Origin: a virus
Taxonomy: Duplodnaviria; Caudoviricetes
Length of the DNA: 35,271 bases
Virus record (IMG/VR): IMGVR_UViG_3300033067_001778
Location: 1 to 35,271 of that record
Reading direction: 5' to 3' (one strand)
Shown: piece after piece, positions 7,913 through 14,924 of the stretch
Layout: every line of letters begins with the position of its first letter
How positions within the stretch are numbered: position 1 is the stretch's first letter
Made by a program: the position numbers and the translations under genes
The notes under the pieces: generated by a model
What the model was told of the DNA's origin: nothing
What the model saw: only the letters and a program-made list of their open reading frames with translations
Database searches by the model: none

Positions 7913-7944
7913 TAGCACACCACGGATGGTGTGCTATTTTTTTT
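7913..7944 (+). terminator. intrinsic terminator
   Basis: TAGCACACCA-CGGA-TGGTGTGCTA followed by T8. Confidence 0.85.
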
Positions 7945-8359
7945 CTATGTTTTGGTAAACTGCCATATGCAAATCATACAAATCTTTCGCTATTTCATGG
8001 GCATCTGCTTTGCCGATTACTTCAATCTCAAACAAAGCATCGACTTTGCTCCTTATTTTGCTGATTGCTTCAAAAATCCCAAGCATTGGCTCGGTCTTTG
8101 AGACTGTTGGCTTTTGCAAAAAACTTGGCATTTGTGGTTTGTTGATCATAGGTTCTGGCTCCTTGTTTGGTTTGTAAAGTGGTTCAATCGATTTTGGATC
8201 AGAACCACCTGATATACTCTTTATATTCTGAACTACCTGGGCGGCTTTCTGAGCTCCGTCCAGAATTGTATCAAGAAGGTTCTTCTGCTCCTCTGCCTGA
8301 CTCTTTGCCAAGTTTTTGCTGATTTCTAGCATAATTAACCTTTCAATCAAATCGTTCAC
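7934..8359 (-). CDS. hypothetical protein
   Basis: 141-aa ORF, two helical regions joined by a Pro/Lys linker. Confidence 0.7.
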   Translation of the reverse strand: MNDLIERLIMLEISKNLAKSQAEEQKNLLDTILDGAQKAAQVVQNIKSISGGSDPKSIEPLYKPNKEPEPMINKPQMPSFLQKPTVSKTEPMLGIFEAISKIRSKVDALFEIEVIGKADAHEIAKDLYDLHMAVYQNIEKK

Positions 8360-8388
8360 GCGAAACTCATTTGAATTTGTGATAAAAT

Positions 8389-8400
8389 ATTGTATATACA
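8389..8400. promoter_or_regulatory. palindromic operator (AT)TGTATATACA, copy 3
   Basis: Divergent intergenic region 8360-8429. Confidence 0.6.
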
Positions 8401-8429
8401 GTTTTACTCTAAAACAGGAAAGGGAAAGG

Positions 8430-8624
8430 ATGCAAGTCGTCTATTTTATAGGGCAAGTTATCAAAAAGAGATTGAATAAGATTCACCAAAGGTGTTGTTT
8501 TCATCACTGGTATTACTCGAAATCATTACTATTAGTAGGTAGGCGGTGGGCTCAGTATGAATGCTCGAAGTGTGGTAAAATAGGTCATCAACGGTATGAT
8601 CATGATTTTGAGGTGCGGGCATAA
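8430..8624 (+). CDS. small Cys/His zinc-binding protein
   Basis: CCFHHW...ECSKCGK; RBS AGGGAAAGG. Confidence 0.6.
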   Translation: MQVVYFIGQVIKKRLNKIHQRCCFHHWYYSKSLLLVGRRWAQYECSKCGKIGHQRYDHDFEVRA

Positions 8625-8745
8625 AAAAGTGGTCTTGATAAGTGTGATAGAACTCAAAATAAGAAGCGTCTTACCTCCCTATGCCGGGATTGAGTCGGCA
8701 TATGACCACTGAAATTTGGAATATACTAGCTGTGAAGGAATTGCA

Positions 8746-9030
8746 ATGGAAACTGCTGAAAAGAGCAAAATAATCGCTAAACTGGCGTCAAGGGATATTT
8801 GGGAACAACTTAATCAAGTACAAGAAGAATGTGGGGAGCTCATCGCCGCAATCAATCACTTCAGGCGCGGGAAAAAAGGCGACCGATATCAAGACTTATG
8901 CGGGGAAGTCGCTGATGTTAAAATCATGATAGATCAGCTATGTATAATTTTAGATAGTGAAGCTATAGAGAAAATAACTATAGAAAAGCTATGTAGAGCC
9001 AAAGAAAGGATTCAAAATGGACAGTTATAA
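8746..9030 (+). CDS. MazG-like nucleotide pyrophosphohydrolase
   Basis: QEECGELIAAINH...GEVADVKIMIDQL (EExxE...ExxD motif). Confidence 0.85.
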   Translation: METAEKSKIIAKLASRDIWEQLNQVQEECGELIAAINHFRRGKKGDRYQDLCGEVADVKIMIDQLCIILDSEAIEKITIEKLCRAKERIQNGQL

Positions 9031-9124
9031 CTTATATTGGTATGCTTTCGGAATGGCAAACGGTATTGCATGGGGTGCGCTGCTGACAGCGGTTTTCCTT
9101 TATTTTTTAGGTAAGAAAAAATGA
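9017..9124 (+). CDS. small membrane peptide (not in ORF track)
   Basis: MDSYNLYWYAFGMANGIAWGALLTAVFLYFLGKKK; AAGGA RBS; ATGA overlap with next gene. Confidence 0.6.
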   Translation: MDSYNLYWYAFGMANGIAWGALLTAVFLYFLGKKK

Positions 9125-9327
9125 TTAGAGAAAGTTTAACTTATTTGTGTCCGAAATGCGGGTCAACTGAAATAAACCACGTTATCCGTGGGTCAAACTA
9201 TCACAAGCTGTCTTGCTCAGAATGCGATTATGGCTTAGAAAAAAACTATGCAATTTCTTTTCCAAAAGCTTTGGCACAGTTTGATCCCGAACATCCATAC
9301 CTTCTGAAACGGAAGAAAATCAAATGA
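9121..9327 (+). CDS. zinc-ribbon protein
   Basis: CPKCGS...CSECDY. Confidence 0.65.
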   Translation: MIRESLTYLCPKCGSTEINHVIRGSNYHKLSCSECDYGLEKNYAISFPKALAQFDPEHPYLLKRKKIK

Positions 9328-9533
9328 CTAAAACAGAGATTGCATTAGTTCTGTCGTTTGCAATATCGTTTCTGGTAGTCGCGTTTCTTTGTGAAATTCT
9401 CAAAAATAAAAAGCCAAAACATCAAGCGTATGATAGCAAATTAGATAAATTCTATTGTCCCCAATGCGGACATGAAATTTCTATGAGATTAACTTTTCTT
9501 GAGACCTGCCCATTTTGTAAGAATAGCTATTGA
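9324..9533 (+). CDS. membrane-anchored zinc-ribbon protein
   Basis: N-terminal TM, CPQCG...CPFC. Confidence 0.65.
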   Translation: MTKTEIALVLSFAISFLVVAFLCEILKNKKPKHQAYDSKLDKFYCPQCGHEISMRLTFLETCPFCKNSY

Positions 9534-9588
9534 CATAATAACCTAGCCGTATTACGCATGTAATAACACCCATCATATGGAGTTAAAC

Positions 9589-9987
9589 ATGCAGGATATC
9601 GAGCAAAAACACGTTTATTTTTGTGACATTTGTGCAAACCAATACCCATGCCAGCACTGCGGCAGCCGGGGAAAAGAAGGCTACGCGCTTTCTAGTAATA
9701 CGCTTTTTAATGCGCTCTACGGAAAAACTGTGATAAAGAAAGTGCTGCTGAAGTTTAACGGCGAAGTTGTGACAACGGATATCACGAAAGATCTAGTTAA
9801 AGACTTAGGATGGAGTGCTTATGTTTCTCTCGACCGTATCCCTGATTATGATGTTTTTATATTTGGAATACCAGGTATGTCAATTAAAGGCATGTTTACA
9901 GAAGATGTAAAATTGATTGAGCGCGCAAAAACTACGAAGTCGGATGTTGGAATCTCGCAGGTTTATGTTGGGTGGTTAAATGATTGA
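9589..9987 (+). CDS. hypothetical protein with N-terminal Cys cluster
   Basis: CDIC...CQHC; GGAG RBS; TTGACA at 9530 and palindrome TATTAC-GCAT-GTAATA at 9550-9565 upstream. Confidence 0.7.
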   Translation: MQDIEQKHVYFCDICANQYPCQHCGSRGKEGYALSSNTLFNALYGKTVIKKVLLKFNGEVVTTDITKDLVKDLGWSAYVSLDRIPDYDVFIFGIPGMSIKGMFTEDVKLIERAKTTKSDVGISQVYVGWLND

Positions 9988-10159
9988 TACTTGTCTGCTT
10001 GTTAAGCAGGTTTTAAAGACAAGGGACGTTGCTCACTTGTCAAGGGTGTTGAAGGTTGCTAAAAAAACGATATATCGTTGGGTTAATGACGAGTGTAGAC
10101 CAAATCTTCACTTACAACAGAAAATTTTGGAGTTACATGTCAAAGATCAAAACAAATGA
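9980..10159 (+). CDS. Cro-like HTH protein (not in ORF track)
   Basis: 59 aa: DVAHLSRVLKVAKKTIYRWVNDECRPN. Confidence 0.75.
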   Translation: MIDTCLLVKQVLKTRDVAHLSRVLKVAKKTIYRWVNDECRPNLHLQQKILELHVKDQNK

Positions 10160-10283
10160 TGGTAACAGGCTAGACGGCGGTGTTGTGGTGGTGGCTTGGA
10201 TCTTTGCGGCGCTACTCATTGGGCTTGGGGTTTCAATCGGCTGGGCTCTGTGCTCTTGGATCAAATTTGGGTGCGAAGTATGA
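10137..10283 (+). CDS. small membrane protein
   Basis: GGAG RBS; VVVVAWIFAALLIGLGVSIGWAL TM. Confidence 0.6.
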   Translation: MSKIKTNDGNRLDGGVVVVAWIFAALLIGLGVSIGWALCSWIKFGCEV

Positions 10284-10602
10284 CAAAATATATATTCGAT
10301 ATGGACAAGCAATTTTATTGCTTATGCTTAGATGAAAGCGGAAACTGGTGCAGCTTTATCAAAAAAAATGCGCAGGTTCGCTTGATGATAGGCCAATATG
10401 GTGTCCGCTCGTAGAGGAAAAGGAAGATATGATTACAATCACTACTCTTGAAGAACGACTTAAGAGAATTGAGGAAAGAATCGACTGGCTGATATCTCTG
10501 CAGGAAGATGATAGGGCTATAACCATTAATGAAGCAAATGAAGTGGTGGCAGTGGGCAAAAGCCTGAATATTGTGCTTGATGATAACGGTTGGGATAAAT
10601 GA
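10280..10602 (+). CDS. Cys-rich paralog 1, split by a -1 frameshift at A8 (10361-10368)
   Basis: Joined reading CLCLDESGNWCSFIKKKCAGSLDDRPIWCPL aligns without gaps to paralog 2. Confidence 0.7.
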
Positions 10603-10759
10603 TGGATGAAAAAAATCTTTGCATGTGTTTAGACGAAAGCGGTAATAGGTGTAGTCATAACGGCATGAAATGCGATGGTGATTTAGAGAATAGACCGACT
10701 TGGTGTTGGCTTTCTGCTTTTGGTGAAAGCAAAGTAACATTAAATTGGGATAAATGATG
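10590..10759 (+). repeat. 15-bp direct repeat TTGGGATAAATGATG at two gene junctions
   Basis: Copies at 10590-10604 and 10745-10759. Confidence 0.85.
10599..10757 (+). CDS. Cys-rich paralog 2 (not in ORF track)
   Basis: MMDEKNLCMCLDESGNRCSHNGMKCDGDLENRPTWCWL...WDK, 52 aa, ATGA-coupled at both ends. Confidence 0.75.
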   Translation: MMDEKNLCMCLDESGNRCSHNGMKCDGDLENRPTWCWLSAFGESKVTLNWDK

Positions 10760-10948
10760 AGAATGAAGCACGAATTTACCATGAAGGAATTACATTGTCT
10801 CGATTGTCCAATGTTCAACTTTTGGTTGTCTTTTTGCCAAGCGATGGATAAGGGTCTTAATGATTATATGGTCATGCCGGAGTGGTGTCCGTTGATAGAT
10901 GTTACAATGGATCCTCATGGAGAAAATCGTCAACTCGAACAAACGTAA
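10754..10948 (+). CDS. Cys-rich paralog 3 (PxWCPL family)
   Basis: CLDCP...FCQ...MPEWCPL. Confidence 0.7.
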   Translation: MMRMKHEFTMKELHCLDCPMFNFWLSFCQAMDKGLNDYMVMPEWCPLIDVTMDPHGENRQLEQT

Positions 10949-11417
10949 AATCCTTTGGCATAACTATATGATTAGTCAGTCCGGCAAAATAGGCGATGAA
11001 AAATGCATCAATCATGCCTTCGTCTTTCTTTGAAACTGGTCCATGAGTCGGGTTCATTCTGCGGAATGATGCTGCAGACATTTCTTTTGCTTTACCTGCT
11101 CTGGGGCAGCCATTGATTTTTGCTTGCCAGCCTTTGGGTCCAATTAGTTCGTATGGCCATGGTTCAAGAAAGCATCTAACCTGGCCGTAGTAGTAGCCAA
11201 ATGCAAAGTTATTGGCGACTCCCCAAATCTTCATGCCGTGGACTTTCTCAACATAGATATAATGAGCTTCATTTAGGTTAAAGAGCGTTTTCAGGGCATA
11301 GGTATCTAATACCGTATCCTCTCGGTAAGGAAGCGGCATCCAACGGCATATTTTTTCTTCAGTGTCGATTTCAGCGATTACGCCTGTTTTACCGGGGTCG
11401 ATCCCTATTAGTTTCAT
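10902..11417 (-). CDS. RuvC-like Holliday junction resolvase
   Basis: MKLIGIDPGKTG, YVEKV, F.FG..YG, P..W, DAFFIA. Confidence 0.9.
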   Translation of the reverse strand: MKLIGIDPGKTGVIAEIDTEEKICRWMPLPYREDTVLDTYALKTLFNLNEAHYIYVEKVHGMKIWGVANNFAFGYYYGQVRCFLEPWPYELIGPKGWQAKINGCPRAGKAKEMSAASFRRMNPTHGPVSKKDEGMIDAFFIAYFAGLTNHIVMPKDFTFVRVDDFLHEDPL

Positions 11418-11727
11418 TTTTACTCCTGCCGTAAGCGACCATGCGCTTTGCTTGCCAGTCTTTCGCATCATTTCTGACATTAGAATTGTAGATTTTATAG
11501 TCTCTTAAATGTCCTATCACAAGGTGGCAATGGCTGCAAAGAGTTATCAAGTTGTCAGAGGATAATTCTAGGGATGGATTTACTTTAAACGGGATAACAT
11601 GATGCACTTCCAGCTTTTCCCTACTGCTGCAGGCAGAGCATGCCGGGAACCAGTCTAGATGCAATTTGCGCACATGATACCATTCTGAGGATCTACCTTG
11701 GAATTTAAATTTGATCCGGTTAAGCAT
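11389..11727 (-). CDS. HNH endonuclease
   Basis: CSACS...EVHHVIP...NLITLCSHCHLVIGH. Confidence 0.9.
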   Translation of the reverse strand: MLNRIKFKFQGRSSEWYHVRKLHLDWFPACSACSSREKLEVHHVIPFKVNPSLELSSDNLITLCSHCHLVIGHLRDYKIYNSNVRNDAKDWQAKRMVAYGRSKNETNRDRPR

Positions 11728-11956
11728 CGAATCGGCTCCTTTCTGTGGGCATCGGCATCATTTCGCCGAAACATTGTTTTGGGGTTCCTGCTTCAATGAT
11801 GACTTTGTTCAGTGGTTGACCAATCACGGTTAAACCGCGATGACACTCCAAACATTGGTAAATCATCGTAATACCTGGGTTATCCGTGAATAATGATAGG
11901 GTTTTGTCGCAGTAAGGGCAAACGCCTGATATCCAATATTCTCTTGCATCTTTCAT
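11720..11956 (-). CDS. zinc-ribbon protein
   Basis: CPYC...CLEC. Confidence 0.6.
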   Translation of the reverse strand: MKDAREYWISGVCPYCDKTLSLFTDNPGITMIYQCLECHRGLTVIGQPLNKVIIEAGTPKQCFGEMMPMPTERSRFDA

Positions 11957-12017
11957 AAGTGTGCCTTTTTACTAGCTGGGTGATATAATGTAAGAAAGAA
12001 TAGCGTGGAGATATCTA

Positions 12018-12347
12018 TTGGACAAGAAAGCGTTTACATGCTGCAGGTCGGTACGGCTTAAGACTAGGTGGGCTATGGATTTTGATTACCTTGCGAAGCT
12101 GACTGATGAGGAGCTCCGGTACCTGGCTGACTTCTGCAACATTCACTACCACGGCTCGCCAAACCGCGCAGGGGAGTACATCAAAGTTACAGCTGAGATG
12201 CGAAAAGAGTCATACGCTAGGAACAATAAGGCAGAAATTGACCTTTTTAATCACAGTATTAGAACAGAGTTAACCATTATTGAAGAAGAACCTGATTTTA
12301 ATATCGAGAATTACATTATTGATTTCATTGACAATAAGTGTATATAG
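12018..12347 (+). CDS. hypothetical phage protein
   Basis: GGAG RBS; DFDYLAKLTDEE...RKESYARNN. Confidence 0.7.
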   Translation: MDKKAFTCCRSVRLKTRWAMDFDYLAKLTDEELRYLADFCNIHYHGSPNRAGEYIKVTAEMRKESYARNNKAEIDLFNHSIRTELTIIEEEPDFNIENYIIDFIDNKCI

Positions 12348-12392
12348 AACTTAATATGAAATTGTCTATACATAATTGTAATGAGGTATCTA

Positions 12393-12686
12393 ATGTCAGA
12401 GCAAGAAAACACCAAAGTTGATGAAACACCAAAACCCAAATTGAGCAAAGCCCTTCGTGGCATTTCTCAACTGTTGCTCAGTGGACTATATACTGGCGCA
12501 CATTCTCAACTATTGTTTGAATCTGTAGGAATTCTGGAATTGCTTGCTAACGTCGAAGAAGCGAAAGAACTTGCGGCAGAACCAAAACTTGAAGTGGTTC
12601 CCGATTCTGCAGAAGAACCAGCCGAAGAACCTGCAACGGAACCGGTAGCAGAGGGGGAAGCACCAGATGTCCAAGACGGAGTTTAA
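12393..12686 (+). CDS. acidic hypothetical protein
   Basis: GAGG RBS; E/P/A-rich tail. Confidence 0.7.
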   Translation: MSEQENTKVDETPKPKLSKALRGISQLLLSGLYTGAHSQLLFESVGILELLANVEEAKELAAEPKLEVVPDSAEEPAEEPATEPVAEGEAPDVQDGV

Positions 12687-12915
12687 AGCTGGCGGCGGCG
12701 CAAAGCCAAAGTTAGACAAACCTGGAAAAGTGATACCTGCTTTTACGGTAATGAGGGTTCAAGGTGGTTGGGCATATGTGAAACTCACTGTTGACGATGA
12801 ATTCAACGTTCTTTCGACAGAGATTTCACAGCCAGACACCAAGCCAATCATTACTGAAAGATTTCGCATGGAAGTTGGCAGGTATTGGGGGAAACTTGAC
12901 GAACAAACTGTTTAA
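12667..12915 (+). CDS. hypothetical protein
   Basis: 82-aa ORF overlapping its neighbours. Confidence 0.7.
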   Translation: MSKTEFKAGGGAKPKLDKPGKVIPAFTVMRVQGGWAYVKLTVDDEFNVLSTEISQPDTKPIITERFRMEVGRYWGKLDEQTV

Positions 12916-13168
12916 ACTGCGCATCACAGACGAGCAAGGCGTTGTGTCTTTGACCAACGTCTCTTTGCTTGCTGCGATACTTAAAGCAACAGTTATGCCA
13001 CACGCATCATTTGTGGATTTCGCAATTGTTGCTGCGTGTCTTGTGTCATATCAATTCAAGCGGTGGCATTCATCTAGGCAAACAAATGAACAAAAGTTTG
13101 AAGCAAGAATTACCACTTTGGAGCATTCTTTGAATTCATTAAAGACTGCTTTAACGCTTAAAAGATAG
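12896..13168 (+). CDS. membrane protein (2 TM + coiled coil), possible holin
   Basis: GGGGG RBS + TTG; two hydrophobic segments, C-terminal heptads. Confidence 0.55.
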   Translation: MTNKLFKLRITDEQGVVSLTNVSLLAAILKATVMPHASFVDFAIVAACLVSYQFKRWHSSRQTNEQKFEARITTLEHSLNSLKTALTLKR

Positions 13169-13188
13169 CACTAAAATAAGGCAAAAAA

Positions 13189-13512
13189 ATGGGAATTAAG
13201 ACAAAAACTTCCCTCGAAAAAGGAAAGGCAAAAGGTAGGCCGAAAGGCTCCATAAACAAACTAACTTTAGCATTCCGCGAATCGTTAGAGTTAAAGGGAT
13301 TCGATTTGGTTGAAGAACTATTGAGTCTTTATAATAGCGAAAAATTCGACGAAAAAGACAAGTCAAGAATCCTGTTCAGAATGATGGAATACTCTTTTCC
13401 AAAACTAAAAGATCGTGAAGTTAATGCAGCAGGCGAAGTGGTTGAAACACCTACTCCTGTAAACATCTCTCTAACAGACTTAATCAAAGTAGCGAGAGGC
13501 GATGCGGAATAA
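13189..13512 (+). CDS. terS: terminase small subunit (putative)
   Basis: GRPKGSINK motif, Y..PKLK, directly upstream of and overlapping TerL. Confidence 0.7.
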   Translation: MGIKTKTSLEKGKAKGRPKGSINKLTLAFRESLELKGFDLVEELLSLYNSEKFDEKDKSRILFRMMEYSFPKLKDREVNAAGEVVETPTPVNISLTDLIKVARGDAE

Positions 13513-14917
13513 TGCTGCGAATATTACACAACAACAAGCAGCAGCATATCTCTGGCAGGCTGGCGATCTGCAATACAAACTGTGGCAGCAGCAAGAAATA
13601 ATATATCACACAATCAGGAAAATGCGGCGTGATGTCCAAATAGTGGTCGTGCTGTGTGCTAGGCAGTTTGGCAAAAGCGTACTGGGAACGATACTAGCAA
13701 CAGAAGATTGTCTCAGGAATCCTGATATAGTCGTGATGATTATTGGTCCGACTATCAAGCAAACACGCGCTATTGTTCGTCCGCGAATGAAACTAATTAT
13801 GAGGGATTGCCCTGATGGGCTTATCCGACCGGTTAAGTCTGAAGATACTTGGTATTTTAGTAACGGTAGTGAGCTTAAACTTGGTGGCTTTGATACAACG
13901 TCCGGTTCAGAGCGCGGCAAGACTTTGCACAAAGTTTACATCGAAGAAATCGTTGAGTCCGATCCCGATAGTTACCTTGATTTTCTTCGCTCTGACCTTG
14001 GTCCTGCTCTTACTCATTCGAAACATGCTCAAATCATATACCTGACAACACTCCCAAAGGTTCCAGACCACCCATTCGCTCTTGAGACTGTTCCAGAAGC
14101 CGAGGCATCGGAAGCATTTTTTAAGTTTACAATCCATGACAACAAGAAACTTAGCAAAGAGCAGTATGACTCTTGTGTGAAAATGTGCGGTGGTGAACAT
14201 ACAGTGGATTTTAAACGTGAATATCTGTGTGAACAAATCAGGGATTCAACTATAATACTAGCACCTGAATTTGACGAGCATGTTCACGTTAGAGAATGTG
14301 TGTTACCGGAGTATTGCAATCTCTGGGTTGGGGGTGATGTTGGTGGAGTCAGAGATAAATCAGCGTTCCTTCTTATGGGGTATGACTTTTCGCGTGCAAA
14401 GGTCATGGTACTTGATGAGAGAGCATATGACCCAGACACCGGCTCAGCAACTATGGTCAGTGGCGCGAAAGCCATGGAATCCGGATATGTCTCGCCTCCG
14501 AGAATCAAGTTTGTGGCGCGGTATGTGGATTCGGATGGACAACTTCGGGTGGATTTCATGCAGCAGCATAACTATCCGGTCGCACTTCCGCGCAAGGATG
14601 AGCTCGAAACGACAGTCAATCAGGTGCGAGTGGCTCTTGCCAGGTGCGAGGTCGAGATATCACCAAAGTGTAAGCTACTCATCAGAACGCTACGTTCTGG
14701 AACATTTAACAAGCAGCGAACAGATCTAGACAGAAACAGCACAATGGGCCACATGGACGCATTTATGGCACTTGCTTATGGACTCCGACATGCAGTAAAA
14801 AGCAACCCGTTTCCTCTTTACAACGGTGCTTCTCCTCATACACACTATATTGACACAAGCAACCCAAAAAGAACCAAGAGCGCGGAAGCATTCCGTTCTC
14901 TTTTTACAGTAAGGTAA
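13502..14917 (+). CDS. terL: terminase large subunit
   Basis: Walker A ARQFGKS, Walker B VYIEE, FKREYLC, nuclease GGDVGG and HMDAFMAL. Confidence 0.95.
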   Translation: MRNNAANITQQQAAAYLWQAGDLQYKLWQQQEIIYHTIRKMRRDVQIVVVLCARQFGKSVLGTILATEDCLRNPDIVVMIIGPTIKQTRAIVRPRMKLIMRDCPDGLIRPVKSEDTWYFSNGSELKLGGFDTTSGSERGKTLHKVYIEEIVESDPDSYLDFLRSDLGPALTHSKHAQIIYLTTLPKVPDHPFALETVPEAEASEAFFKFTIHDNKKLSKEQYDSCVKMCGGEHTVDFKREYLCEQIRDSTIILAPEFDEHVHVRECVLPEYCNLWVGGDVGGVRDKSAFLLMGYDFSRAKVMVLDERAYDPDTGSATMVSGAKAMESGYVSPPRIKFVARYVDSDGQLRVDFMQQHNYPVALPRKDELETTVNQVRVALARCEVEISPKCKLLIRTLRSGTFNKQRTDLDRNSTMGHMDAFMALAYGLRHAVKSNPFPLYNGASPHTHYIDTSNPKRTKSAEAFRSLFTVR

Positions 14918-14924
14918 AGATCAC

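Noticed and set aside
8680-8702. Hairpin TATGCCG-N9-CGGCATA upstream of MazG
   Set aside because: No U tail and not repeated elsewhere, so no function can be supported
10056-10414. Track ORF starts at 10056 and 10196
   Set aside because: Better explained by the HTH gene 9980-10159 and by starts at 10137 (GGAG RBS) and 10280 (ATGA overlap)
10590-10759. Direct repeats as a CRISPR array or att sites
   Set aside because: Only two 15-bp copies, the spacer is a coding gene, and there are no cas or integrase genes
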